Shown here: positions 1-11,915 of the stretch, one piece after another
Layout: the number at the start of each line of letters is the position of its first letter
Position numbering within the stretch: the stretch's first letter is position 1
NCBI GenBank assembly: GCA_013265495.1
Contig: MU058037.1
Span: forward strand, 188,001 to 252,000
Direction: 5' to 3'
DNA length: 64,000 bases
From: Vicugna vicugna
Lineage: Eukaryota
Position numbers and translations under genes: made by a program
The notes under the pieces: model-generated
Databases searched by the model: none
Seen by the model: the letters and a program-made list of their open reading frames with translations, nothing else
Told to the model about the DNA's origin: nothing

Positions 1-811
1 TTCCTCATAGGCTGTCATTGGGTAATAGGATTGGGGTCCTCTGTTTTGTTATCTACATTTACTATATTTCTTTTCTATTGCTTTTAGAACCAGAAAGTCA
101 TGAAAGTTATTGAATGATCTGATTCATTGACTGACACTTTTACTGTCTTGTATTGTTGCTACTCTACAGCCTGGGAGAGATGGTTCAGTTATAGTGTCTA
201 AAATCTGGCATATATGGGTTTGACTTTGCCTGGTGTCACCATGAAGGGAAGTCATTACAGAACAGTGAGAGTATAAATGGGAGTTAGCATCAAACACTCC
301 ATGAGGAGGGTTCTGTTTCTAGAACTGTTTACAGTATGTAAGACCTGCTTCTTTCATTTTTCTATGCTGTCATCCTTGTGCTTACCCGTGTTTTGAATTC
401 ATCTTCCGTGTTTCTAAGTGCTTCCTCCCCACCCCCCATTCCAGACTAGACCCTTTGTCTTGACAGGAACTACCTCTTGCGAAATGCCCAGGACTTAGTC
501 CATCATGAATGACTAGCTGTTGTATGCCAGTGGTTTGTGGTAGGGTTACAAGGTTTTATCCATTAGGAGATGAAGTTACCAAGACCTGAGTGATGTGTTA
601 ACATCCCATCAAAGCCAACTGTCGTTCAGGATTAGGGTACACATGTGGAGGTTGATTAAACATCTAAAGAGTCAGGGCAGAAGCACCTTATATGACAAGC
701 TAATTCTTAGAGATCACTTGCTAATGTATTTAAATAGCCTATTTATTCTCACACTCCTGTAATTTGGCTTATTAATAATCTCATATTACTAAGGGAATAT
801 GTAAATTTCAT

Positions 812-1823
812 AGTGTTGCTAGATAAAATACAGGATACCTGGTTATATTTGCTTTTCAGATAAACAACAAAAAAACTTAAATTATTTTTCAATAAGAATA
901 TACCAAGTATGTTCCAGTATAAGTGTGCCTCTGTGGGTTCGTCACCAGTTGTGGGTTCTGGCCAGCAGAATTCCCACCGAAACGGAATGAATTACTCAAG
1001 ACTCTGTGGAAAAGTCAAGAGAGCGAGAGGGAGTCGGGAGCCAACTCCACGAACCTCTCAAATGCTTCCATATTTATTGTGTACAATCAAAGGAGAAATC
1101 ACTGACAGTTGTGTGATGGAACGCAGGAATTTAGGGAAAGACAGGGTGGGATCTAGATTGTAGAGTCTGGCTCAAAGTCAGAAGACCCTTTATGTTTTGG
1201 TAAGTCATGTTCGTGTTGACATCAGTGAGCCTTACAGCTTATCAGGGCGGAACGTCTGAGAAGAAGCTGCTTAACATGTTTCTTGGACTCAGGTGGCTGT
1301 GCCTGTCTTAGGTTGCCCCCCTCTGGGAGTGTTACCCGTCATTGGCTAACCAGCCTTCTCACCTCTGAGTCTGCAGCTTTTTATAACTTGTTTACCATTC
1401 CAGCCCAAGACTCATTCCTTTGGGGGCCTACAGTTTAACTTTAGGGAAGTCATGGGAAGAGGAGAGCAAGATACATTCTTATAGATATGTTAAAGCAGAC
1501 CACCAGCCCAGCCAGTTCCTTGCTTTGGGGATAGGAGGCTATCTAACAGCAGGCACGCCCAGCGCTTACAGCCAAGGGTCTGGGTCGTTGCTTTGCAAGG
1601 AGCAGAGTGCTATCTAAAACCTCAAGTGTGCAAGCAAGGCAGTTACTAAGCACATTTGCTCTTCTTTAAGGAGACAAGCGGCTGGGGTCTGTTAGAATTT
1701 GTTAACCCAATCATGGGCTCCCACATGCCTCAAATACTACATGGGTGATATATGCAAATTATTGTTTATCTGAAATTCAAATTTAACTGGTTATCTTAGA
1801 TTTTCATTAGTTAAATCTGCCCT
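812..1823. mobile_element. MER53-like palindromic non-autonomous DNA transposon, split in two (about 812-931 and 1726-1823) by an LTR insertion
   Basis: Left half reads gttgctagataaaatacaggatacctggttatatttgcttttcagataaacaac; right half reads ttgtttatctgaaattcaaatttaactgg...aaatctgccct. These match the two inverted arms of MER53 as I recall them. Confidence 0.8.
932..1725 (-). mobile_element. Solo LTR of an endogenous retrovirus (794 bp), probably ERV2/ERVK-like
   Basis: TGTGGG...CCCACA termini; perfect TGCCTC direct repeat at 926-931 and 1726-1731. Minus-strand TATAAAAA (~1378-1385), CCAAT (~1341-1345) and AATAAA (~1073-1078). Several CpGs retained. Confidence 0.85.
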
Positions 1824-2787
1824 AAACTTTGAGTACCATACTTTGCTTACAAAGTAGCAAATGCTAAACTTGAAAGTAGTTCTGATAGATTCAAAGCTTG
1901 TTCTCTTAACCTTTTAAGTTGTTGCCCATTTTTCCAGTTGTGTGGATTTGGCCAATGTGGGAGAGGCTAAGGCTTGGCATGTGAGTGTCCAGAGGTCAGT
2001 GTAGATACTGGATTTATACCAGCAAGATTACTGTGCATCTAATGAACTCCTAACTGATTCATGCAGGATTATCTGTGGGCCTTGGAGGGGGTGTCTTTTC
2101 TGGTTGACAACTTGAACCTTATTTAGGTTTCTAAACCCTAGTTTTGCCATCTGCCTTCCCTAACTTTCATTCTTAAATTTATTGAGATAATTTACATACC
2201 ATAAAATTTACTAGGATATTATGGGTGAAGTTTTACTAAAATTGAAAGGAACAGACAACCCTCTTTAAGATTTGCTGTAGAATATATTTGAAGGAAAATT
2301 CATAAAACTCATTTTACATGGCTATAACTAAAGCCCATATGTCAACCCAAAACCATAGGCCAATCTCATTTAGGAACATTGATACAAAAACTCCAATAAA
2401 AAATTGGATAAATGGCAAAGCTGTAAAAAGTCAAATGGGAATTTATACCAGGAATACAAGAATGTTCAAACATCACAGAAGCTATCAGTGGGATTCACCG
2501 CATTAGCAAATTAAAATAAAATAGGTGTATACATTTCTGCAATCAATGGAAAAGAAAAAATTTTAAAACTCATTAGTGATAAAATCTCATGGTAAAAGAA
2601 AGTGAGCAAACATCATAATTCATGCTGACATTTAAGAAGTATTCCCATTGAGGTTGGGTCTGGGACGTCATGAATAATGTCTCCATTTTTCCTACTTGAT
2701 ATCGTACTAGAGGTCTTATAATTGAATAAAACAGGAGAAAGAGAAGTGTAAGCACTTAAAAGTTAAGAGAAGCCCAAACTTTCATTA

Positions 2788-3217
2788 TAGTTCTCCTTGG
2801 CTTAAGATAGGGCTACATCTTGATAAATTCCTTTTAGGTTGAAAATAATGTTTAGTCAAAAATGCATAGAATATACCTAACCTACTACTGATCATCATAG
2901 CTTAACCTCGCCTACCTTAAATTTGCTGAGAACATTTACAGTAGCCTATGGTTGGGCAAATTGTCTAACACAAAGACTTTTATAGTAGTTTAACATCTCA
3001 CATAATTTATTGACTATTGAATCTGTTGTTTACCCTCGTGATGGCGGGTTTACCTTCGTGCCCAGCATCACGGGACAGTATCGTACTGCACTTCGCTTGC
3101 CCAGGAAAAGATCAAAATTCAAAACTCGGAAGTATGGTTTCTATTGAATGTGTTTGCTTTCACACCATTGTAAAGCCAAAAAACTAAGTCGAATCATTGT
3201 AAGTTGAAGACTGTCTG
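2788..3217 (+). mobile_element. Tigger5/MER47-family TcMar DNA transposon fossil
   Basis: Internal catcatagcttaacctcgcctaccttaaa and ggaaaagatcaaaattcaaaa motifs; ends ...gtaagttgaagactgtctg followed by TA, with TA on the left flank too. Confidence 0.8.
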
Positions 3218-3385
3218 TATTTCCAGACTTGTAATAGAAAATCCAAGAGGATAAACTCATACTATTAAACTAATAATAGTTAAGGTAGGTTTCTTGAGAT
3301 AAGAACAGTATAAAAAAACTAATAGTGGTGTAACCAGCAGTAACCAATTAAAAAAGATCCTTTACAGTATAACAAAAGCAAACAA

Positions 3386-3486
3386 GGGGAGAGGATGTAG
3401 CTCAGTGGTAGAGTGTATGCCTAGCATGCATGAGGTCCTGGGTTCAATCCCCAGTATCTCCATTAAAATAAATTTTTTTTAAAAAC
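3386..3486 (+). mobile_element. Camelid tRNA-derived SINE (Vic-1-like)
   Basis: ggggagaggatgtagctcagtggtagag (A box)...gggttcaatccc (B box), followed by an A/T-rich tail. Confidence 0.85.
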
Positions 3487-5034
3487 CTGGTAAAACTACA
3501 AATGTAGCAAAATATATAGAAGATCTTTAAGGAAAAAAAACTTTATTGAAGAAGATAAAAATTTAAATAAATGGAGATTACAAGCAACATTACTCAACTG
3601 GAACGCTCAATATTATTAAAGATGTCAGTTCACTACAGATTCATCTATGAATTCATTGTAATACCAAAAGTCCCACAGAGATTTTTAATTGAACTCACCA
3701 AACAGATTGTGAAATCCTTATAGGATAGTAAATGAATAGAAAAGATGTTTGTGAAAAGAACTTCCCAAACATTAGGACATATGATGCAGCTGTTGCAATT
3801 AGCTGTTGGTGCAGGAAGAGACAAATTGATCAGAGAACCTAGAAAGAAATGGAAAATTGTTCTATGAGGGAGGTGACATTAAAAATCCAAGAAGAAATGA
3901 TGGATCATTTAATAAATCATGCTGGAAAAATTACTTTCATATGAAAAAATAGATTGCTTCATAAAAATTCATGAAATAAAAATTGTTCCTAAAAATAATT
4001 CCAGAGGAATTAAATGTTTAAGTTAAAGAAACTTTAAAATATTCACAAGAAATTGTAGAATCATATCTTGATGACCATGGAGAGTGGAAGACTTGTGAAA
4101 ATACGTATCACTAAAAGCACAAAGCATAGAAGGAAGAGAATAAATTTAACTTTATGAACATGGAGACTTTGGCAAATCAAAGGACACTGTTATACACAAA
4201 ACTGACAGGTAACAGATGAGGAGAAGGTACTTTTAGCCTATGTAACAAAGGATTAGTATCCAAAAATGCATATAGAACCCCTATTCCTTAATAAAAGGAA
4301 GAAAATATAATAGAAACACAAGCAAAGACTGCATAGAGGGAATTCAGACAAATTCAAGTGTTTAACACAATATGTGAAAGTTCATATTCATTATGAACTG
4401 TCATTTTTTCATTCATCAGAATGACCAAACTATTGAGTCTGAAAATACTGAGAATATGAGGAAAACGGTCCTCTCAGGCACACTGCTGGTGAGAGTATAA
4501 AATGGTAGAGCCCCTTTGGAAAGGCTTTTGCCAATCTGATTTACAAGTGTACCTGTACTCTCATGAGTTGGAAGTTCCACCTCAAAGTGTACACCTTACA
4601 CATGCACACTGGTGCACAAGGAGGGATGAAGGATGTTCATCTCAGGTCCATTTATATGAATAAAATAAGAAACCCCATAAATAACTGTTTAGAGAAAAAT
4701 AAACAAGATGGAATAACAAACTGAAGTTAAAAGGCAAAGAAGTAGATCTCTCCATACAATCAATGTGGTCACATGCCCAAGAGATAGGCTTTACAATGAA
4801 CTTACAGTGGTGGTTGCTCAGTGAAAGGGGACTTAACAGATGTGATTGAGGCTGGAGGGACAAGGGGATTTTGTGTGTGTTTAACAGAAAGTATGTATGA
4901 ATATAATTTTGGCATAATGAAAATACATACACTTAGGAAAAGTGCAAAATTAAAACTAGATTGAATTTATAAACTGCTTTTCCTTGCATTATGTCATTTG
5001 AGCTCTACACTGCCTCTAGAAATAGGCATTAATT

Positions 5035-7218
5035 ACCACACTTAAATGGAAAATTAATCTACAACAAAGGAAAGAGTATATAGTGGGGAAAAGATAGCCT
5101 CTTCAATAAATGGTGTTGAGAAAACTGGATAGCTACATGCAAAAGAATCAGACTGGACTACTTTCTCATACAATATACCGAAATAAACTCAAAATGGATT
5201 AAAGACTTCAGTGCAAAACCTGAAACTATAAAACTTCTAGAAGAAAACAAAGGCAGTATGCTATTTGATGTTAATCTTAGCAAAATTTTTTTTTACATAT
5301 GTGTCCTCCAGTGAGAGAAACAAAAGCAAAAATAAACAAATGGGACTATACCAAACTAAAAAGCTTTTGTACAGTGAAGGAAGCTAGCAACAGAACAAAA
5401 AGGCCTCCTATTGAATGAGAGAAGGTATGTGTAAATGTTATATCTGACAAGGAGTTAATGTACAAAATAGACAAAGAACTCAGACAATTCAACATGAAAA
5501 AAAAAACCTGGTTAAAAAATGGGCAGAGGACTTTATGAGACATTTTCCCAAAGAAGACATACAGATGGCCAACAGGCATACAGAAGGATGCTCAACATCA
5601 CTAATCATTAGGGAAATGCAAAGTAAAACTGCAGTGAGATATCCCCTCATGCCCATTAGAATGGTTATTATCAAAAAGACAGGTATTGGCGAGGATGTGG
5701 AAAAAAGGGAACCCTTATGCATTGTTGGTGGGTATGTGAATTGGTGCAGCCACTGTGGAAAACGGTATGGAGATTCCTCAAAAAATTCAAAATAAGACTA
5801 CCATACAATCTAGCAATACTGTTCCTGGTTATCTGAAAGTGAAAACACTAATTCGAAAAGATACATGCATTGCTATGTTCATTGCAGCATTGTTTACAGT
5901 AGCCAAGATATGGAAGCAAACTAAATGTCCATTAGTAGATGAATGGTTAAAGAAGATGTGGTGTGTGTGTATACATGTATATATGTATACACACACAATG
6001 GAATACTATTCAGGCTTAAAAAAGATTGAAATACTGCCATTTGCCACAACGTAGATGGCCCTAAAGATGATCATACTAAATGAAGTAAGTCAGGTGGAGA
6101 AAGACAAATATTATATATCACTTATATCTGGAATCTAAGAAAATAATACAAATGAACTTATTTATAAAACAGAGATAGACTCAGAGATAGAAAACAAAAT
6201 TATGGTTACCAAAGAAGAAAGGAGGTGGGAGGGATAAATTAAGCGTATGGGATTAACAGATACCACTATATATAAAACACATAAAAGGCAAGGATTTACT
6301 GTATAGCACAGGGAACTACATTCAATATCTTGTAATAACCTATAATGGAAAAGAATATGAAAAAATATAAAACTGAATCACACACACACATACACACACA
6401 ATGAATATTAGTCATTAAAAGAAATCTTGCCATGTGCAACAACAAGGATGGACCTAGAGGGTAATACTCTAAGTGAAATAAGTCAGAAACAAATACTGTA
6501 TGATTTCACTTATGTGGAATGTAAAAAACAAAATAAATGAACAAATAATAAAACAAACCAAGTCATAGATACAGAGAACAAACAAGTGGTTTCTAAAGGG
6601 GAGAGTGATTGGGGGAGGAGAGAAATAAGTGAGGAAAATTAAGGTACCAACTTTCAGTTACAAAATAAATGAGTCACAGGTATGAAATGTATAGTACAGA
6701 GAATATAGTCAATAACTATGTAATATCTTGGCATGGTGACATCGTAACTAGACTTACCATGGTAATTTTCATATGTATAGAAATACAGAATCACTGTATC
6801 GTTTTTCCAGGAGCTAATATAAGTGTGGTGGGTCAATTAAACTTCAGAATCAAACAAATTCATAGAAGAATAAATCAGATTTGTGGTTATCAGAGGCAGG
6901 GAGAGGGTGGTAGGGGAGGGGGAATTGGATAAAGGCAGTGAAAAGTACTAGGGATATAATAGACCACATGGTAAAATAACACTGTTGGATATAATATATG
7001 AAAGTTAAGAGTAAATCCTGTGAGTTCTCATCACAAGGAAAACATTTTATGTATTTCTGTAATTTTGTATCTATATGAGATGATGAATGTTCATTAAATT
7101 TATTGTAATTTTATGATGTATATAAGTCAAATCATGATGCTGTACACCTTAACATTTATCAGTGCTATATGTGAATTATATCTTAAATGAGAAGAAAAAA
7201 TATCCAAGAGGGAAAAAA
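5035..7218 (+). mobile_element. 5'-truncated L1 (ORF2 C-terminus plus 3' UTR) with two successive 3' UTR segments, inserted into a MIR
   Basis: ORF-track peptides [14 protein letters not shown]...[11 protein letters not shown] and MFIAALFTVAKIWKQTKCP are L1 ORF2 C-terminal motifs. TSD agaaataggc(a/t)ttaatt at 5018-5034 and 7219-7235. Confidence 0.9.
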
Positions 7219-8976
7219 AGAAATAGGCTTTAATTGTTTTTATGTTCCAGATGAGAAAATGGAAGCTCAGGGTGTCACATAACATGACTCAGAGGCAGTA
7301 GCTCGCAAGCCCCCCAACCTCCAGGACCCATTCTCCTGACCTTAGCTGTGGAGTTGGGTTTCAAAACTGTACTCTCACCTGGTTTCCATGACAATTGGGT
7401 ATCTCCCTGGGTGGGGCTGTGCTGACCAATGGGAACCAAGTTGAGCGTCCAATATGGAGGCTAAACTTCCAGCACCCTTTTATCATTCAACCAGTTCCAG
7501 CAGACACGACTGTTGGCAACAAACAGTGGTTGATAAAAGAAATTTGCCTGGTTTCTCTTTATACTTTACTTTGCCAGATTTCAAAAATGTCAAAAAAAAA
7601 AAGTGTGGTAATAACAACAAACATTGGTGAGAGTTGGCACAACATAATTGTGGTATTATTTTTAAGAAGCAATCAAAATTGCTTCAGGGAGAAGGCAGGG
7701 GAAGAGGAGAAAAGCTGAGCTCGTATTTCTAGATGGCAAAAAGCATTTTGGGAAGAGAAGCTGGCTAGTTGGTCACCATGTTTAACTCTTAAGTAATGTA
7801 TTTCTTACATTTGAGCCTGATCACCTTCAGTCAGAAGTGTATGTAAGTTTTTATCAGTAAAGGAGATGCCTCTAGAAAGATTCTGTACATTAAAGTATAA
7901 GTCAGTATAGGAAAAATTGTATATATGAAAAAACTTTTTAAGTTATAATGCGTTTAAAACAAGAACACTTTTGACTAGTAAGAAGTTCTCTGTAATACTC
8001 TATAATTGTACATTGTTTGACCAAAGACCTTGGAAATGAAAGATAAAGGGCAGAATTACGTGAGTGTAGAGTGTGGTAATATCTCCTTGGACCATATACC
8101 CACATATAATCTCAATTTTTTTGAGAATAAGGGAAATGTTTTTACTCCAGAGTTTCACATAGTTGATTAGCACATCAATTTTTAGACCTAAGAAAATATT
8201 TTAAGAGAAAATATATATTGGTATGAGCTGCTTCTTATCAGTGTCCTAATAAAAGATTTTTCATCTATAACGTTTGCTAGAGAAAAGTTGCCACACAATG
8301 TTTGAATTACGAGAATAATTCACCAACTATGACTTCAGTTAAATACAATTTTTATTTCAATTTAAATGACCACTTATAATACATGGAAAAAATGATATAT
8401 AATCAGTAGTACAAGCCAAGACTTGTCAATGAATAATGCAGAGCACCTTATAAATGTGAAAGAAGTATAGTTAATGAAAAGAATATAAAATTTATTTTAG
8501 AGTAGAAGTAAGTACTGTATTGGTACCTTGCACAAAGTAATTAAAAAACATGCCATCTCATGAATAAAGTATTGGAAAGTGAGAGAGAAATTGTAAGATA
8601 TAACCTGGAATGATAAATGAAGAATTGAGATTTTTTTGAACAAATTATGTGTCTTAATTATTTACAAATAGGAGACATTTTGAGGTATATAATACGTATG
8701 GATTATCTGACAGAGGAAGTTAATTTTTGCTGAGTAACTCATTTATTAAGATGTATTAATTAGTTCAAGTAACTTTTTTGAGAAGCAACTCTGTTCATGG
8801 AGTTGAATTGGAGGACAAAGGTGAACAATATAGAGTCCCCCCCCATCCCACAAAAACCTCATACTTAGTAGGGGAAATTTTTATAGATACAAGTGGTCGT
8901 AATTCAATGTGGTAAACATAAATCCTATGGCTTCCCCACTTAATGTGAAACAAGTTAACAAGTTTGGAGCATTCAC

Positions 8977-9098
8977 TTTTTTAGGGGGCGGTAATTAGGT
9001 TTATTTATTTATTTATTTTCAACGGAGGTACTGGGGATTGAACCGAGGACCTCTTGAATGCTAAGCATGTACTCTACCACTGAGCTACACCCTGCCCC
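8977..9098 (-). mobile_element. Camelid tRNA-derived SINE (Vic-1-like)
   Basis: Reverse complement of the A-box/B-box body with a (TTTA)n tail; imperfect TSD ttggagcattcac / ttagagcattcat. Confidence 0.85.
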
Positions 9099-9339
9099 TC
9101 TTAGAGCATTCATTTTAATTAAAGCCCCAATTCCATAGTTTGACATTCCAGATCCTTCTCGTATATCTATTCAGAGTTTCTTTCCCAACACCCCACCCTT
9201 TCTCCCACAGTCCCTCCCTTTTGCCTCCCTGTCAACATGCAAAGTCTTCTTTAGTCACAGTAATCCTCTCATCGTTCTCTCACCTTAACTTTCTCTTTCA
9301 TATTTGTATGGCTTGGCACATGCTTGTTCTCTCCACCCA

Positions 9340-9590
9340 ACTCCCGTCTTAAATTCAAGTGAGTGCCTACCATTCTTCAAGACAACTTAAAACACCATCT
9401 TTTCTGAAGCCTTCCCTGACAACTCAGCTCGGTTACAGCAATAATTTCCTTAAATTACAATTTTTTGTTTGCTTGTCTGACATCTCCACTAGGCTGTGAA
9501 TCCAGGAGGGTAGAAGTCATAGTCATTTTCTTCCACTGTCTAACAGTGTTTGGCATACATTTAGAGTTTACTAAATGCTTGCAGGAAGAA
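9340..9590 (+). mobile_element. L2 3' end fragment
   Basis: ttcttcaagac...tctgaagccttccctgac...ccactaggctgtgaatcc...tggcatacat resembles the L2 3' terminus. Confidence 0.6.
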
Positions 9591-9731
9591 GAAATGGCAT
9601 GCAATAATGGAATACACAGAGGGGTTAGGATAATTTCTGTCAAGCTTTTTGCCCAAGAGCATGCAGCCAGTTCTTGTACTCCCTAAAAGTTTCTCTTGGC
9701 TGAGGATGAAGATAATGGATTTGGTGTCACT

Positions 9732-10411
9732 GTGTGGGAATAGATGTCAAAAACTGAAGGGTCTGAGATTTTTCCTTGCTTGCAAGCTCACAAGGGAGCC
9801 TGCCACAGTTTCATGGATGCCGAAAGAAGTATCAGGCTCCTCAGCCAGAGAAGGACTACATTATTCACAGTACAATTGTCAGTATGAGTTTCCTGTTGGC
9901 ACCAGTTCCATAAAGGTGACACAGAGGTGGGCCTGGGTGGATGTTGCACACACAGTGGGTTTGCATCCCAGGTTAGGAGCCCTGAACATAGAAAACAATG
10001 TCTTTGAAAGGGAGCTGTTAGCAAACTTGCCCAGCCTTTGCCCCAAAGGGAGATAATACCTTTGTTACCCTGGAGAGCAAACACATCTGCCCTCTGCTCT
10101 GAAGGGGCACCCTATTTCTGTCTTTCAAGGCTGTCTGCCAAATAGTTCCAGGGCTAGGTTGAGGCAAGAGAGGTACCTAAGGCACAACATTTAAGGAGGT
10201 ACTCACTCAAATACTGACCTTGCACTTGGACAACTCTGAGAATGAGTGTCTTTCAACTTGGAACCCTCTGTGCTATGTTAGCTTCACCTTAGTCCTGGCT
10301 CAGTTATATACAAATATCCCTGAGAAGATAGTCTGGAACAAAATCTCTCAGTGCTTTTGCTCAGAGGACATGCCAGGATGTGACATACTCATGGAGAATT
10401 GTTTCCCAACC
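9732..10411 (-). mobile_element. Old ERV LTR (subfamily not assigned) containing a nested MITE
   Basis: gggtctgagatttt...ttgcaagct...gcctgccacagtttcatggatgc and the terminal ggagaattgtttcccaac match a eutherian LTR family as I recall it. Confidence 0.6.
10149..10303. mobile_element. MER96-like palindromic hAT MITE
   Basis: cagggctaggttgaggcaag...atttaaggaggtactcactc...gagaatgagtgtc...cttcaccttagtcctgg forms an imperfect long inverted repeat. Confidence 0.7.
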
Positions 10412-10536
10412 ATATGTAATTCGCTAGATATAAACACATGATGTTTAAATGCCTCTCACCTTTGAACCTGTTAACAGGGCCTCTGATGCTAATACGTTAG
10501 AAATGACTGCAAAAATCCTTAGTTTTCAAAGATACT

Positions 10537-11915
10537 TTAACTTCCCATACTGGGCCATTTTGCTACTAGATATTTAAGAGAAGTAAAAGTATATGTCCAC
10601 AGAGAGACTTGTTCATGGATATTCATAGCAACTTTATTTGCTGCTAGTAAAAACTGGTAGAAATGGAAATATTCAACAGATGAACGGGTAAGAAAAATAT
10701 GCAATGTCCATATAATAGTACTCAGCAATATACAGGAATGAGCTATTGATACACTAAAAAACATGGCGAATGGATATCACAATGACTATGCTGAAGGAAA
10801 GAAGTAAAAAAAAATCTGTGTCTCCATCCATCTACACTGTTTGATTCCTTTTATGTAAAAATATTTCATGCAAATGGAAATGACAAAAAAAACGGGAGTA
10901 GCAATGCTCATATCAGACAAAATAGACTTTAAAACAAAGGCCATAAAAGAAAGATAAAGAAGGACACTATATAATGATAAAAGGATCAATACAAGAAGAG
11001 GATATTACACTTGTTAACATATATGTACCCAATATAGAAGAACCTAAATATATAAAACAAATACAGACATAAAGAGAGAAATTGATGGAAATACAATAAT
11101 AGTAGGAGACTTTAACACCCCACTAACATCATTGGACAGGTCTTCCAGACAGAAAATCAGTAAGGCAATGGAGATACTAAATGACATAATAGAACAATTG
11201 GACTTAGTTGATATTTTTAGGACATTACATCCCCAAAACTAGAAGAATACATTCTTTTCAAGTGCGCATGGAACATTTTCTTAGATAGACCACATACTCA
11301 GACACAAAAGAAGCCTCCGCAAATTTAAGAGGACAGAAATTATTTCAAGCATCTTTTCTGACCATGATGGCGTGAAACTAGAAATGAACCACTGGGGGGA
11401 AAAGAACGAGAAAAAAACAACTGCATGGAGACTAAACAATATGCTACTAAAAACCAATGGGTCAATGATGAAATCAAAGAAGAAATTAAAAAATACCTTG
11501 AGACAAACGACAATGAAAACACAACCACACAGACTGTATGGGATGCAGCAAAAGCAGTCCTACGAGGGAAGTTCATAAGGAGACAGGCCTTCCTCAAAAA
11601 ACAAGAACAATCTCAAGTAAACAACCTAGACTACCACCTAAAAGAATTAGAAAAAGAACAAACAAATCCTAAAGTCAGCAGAAGGAAGGAAAGAATAAAG
11701 ATTAGAGAGGAAATAAATAAAATACGGATTAAAAAATAAAAATAGGAGGAATGCAAATTAATAGTGGCAGCAGATCATTAGTATACAGAGATAGGAAAGT
11801 TTGACAGATGATGGAAATGTTCATAGTCTTGATTTAATGAATATTGATACATCAGGCTATCAAATTGTACACTTTAAATATGGGCAGTTTATTGTATGTC
11901 ATTCATATCTAAAGA
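10537..11915 (+). mobile_element. Old L1 3' UTR (L1MB/MC-type), interrupted at about 10860-11740 by a young L1 fragment
   Basis: ttcatagcaactttattt...tgattccttttatgtaaaa resumes after the insert as gaatgcaaattaatagtggcagcagatca...caaattgtacactttaaatatgggcagtttattgtatgtc. Confidence 0.7.
10857..11744 (+). mobile_element. Young L1 ORF2 endonuclease-domain fragment (frameshifted)
   Basis: Translates to KIFHANGNDKK.GVAMLISDKIDFKTK...IVGDFNTPLTSLDRSSRQKI...[20 protein letters not shown]...[13 protein letters not shown], typical of the L1 APE endonuclease and linker. Confidence 0.92.

Larger units (their letters stand above)
2215..4980 (+). mobile_element. Old, heavily decayed L1 (L1M/L1ME-type) ORF2 and 3' region, interrupted by a Tigger-type element and a SINE
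   Basis: The ORF-track peptide NHRPISFRNIDTK...GIYTRN resembles the L1 RT region (NYRPISLMNIDAK...GFIPG). Collinear A-rich L1-like sequence continues to about 4.9 kb. Confidence 0.75.

Noticed and set aside
67..120. Strong splice-acceptor-like tract tttcttttctattgcttttag
   Set aside because: Stops follow quickly in the frames I read and no matching donor is evident; such tracts are common in AT-rich DNA.
3386..3462. tRNA gene
   Set aside because: It has A and B boxes but no proper acceptor stem, has an A-rich tail and has diverged paralogues in the window, so it is a SINE.
5535..6054. Protein-coding gene from overlapping ORFs
   Set aside because: Frameshifted L1 ORF2 C-terminus.
9649..10056. 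135-aa ORF
   Set aside because: Lies in an LTR, has a non-ATG start, and shows no recognisable domain.
11372..11739. Intact endonuclease gene
   Set aside because: Truncated and frameshifted L1 ORF2 piece.
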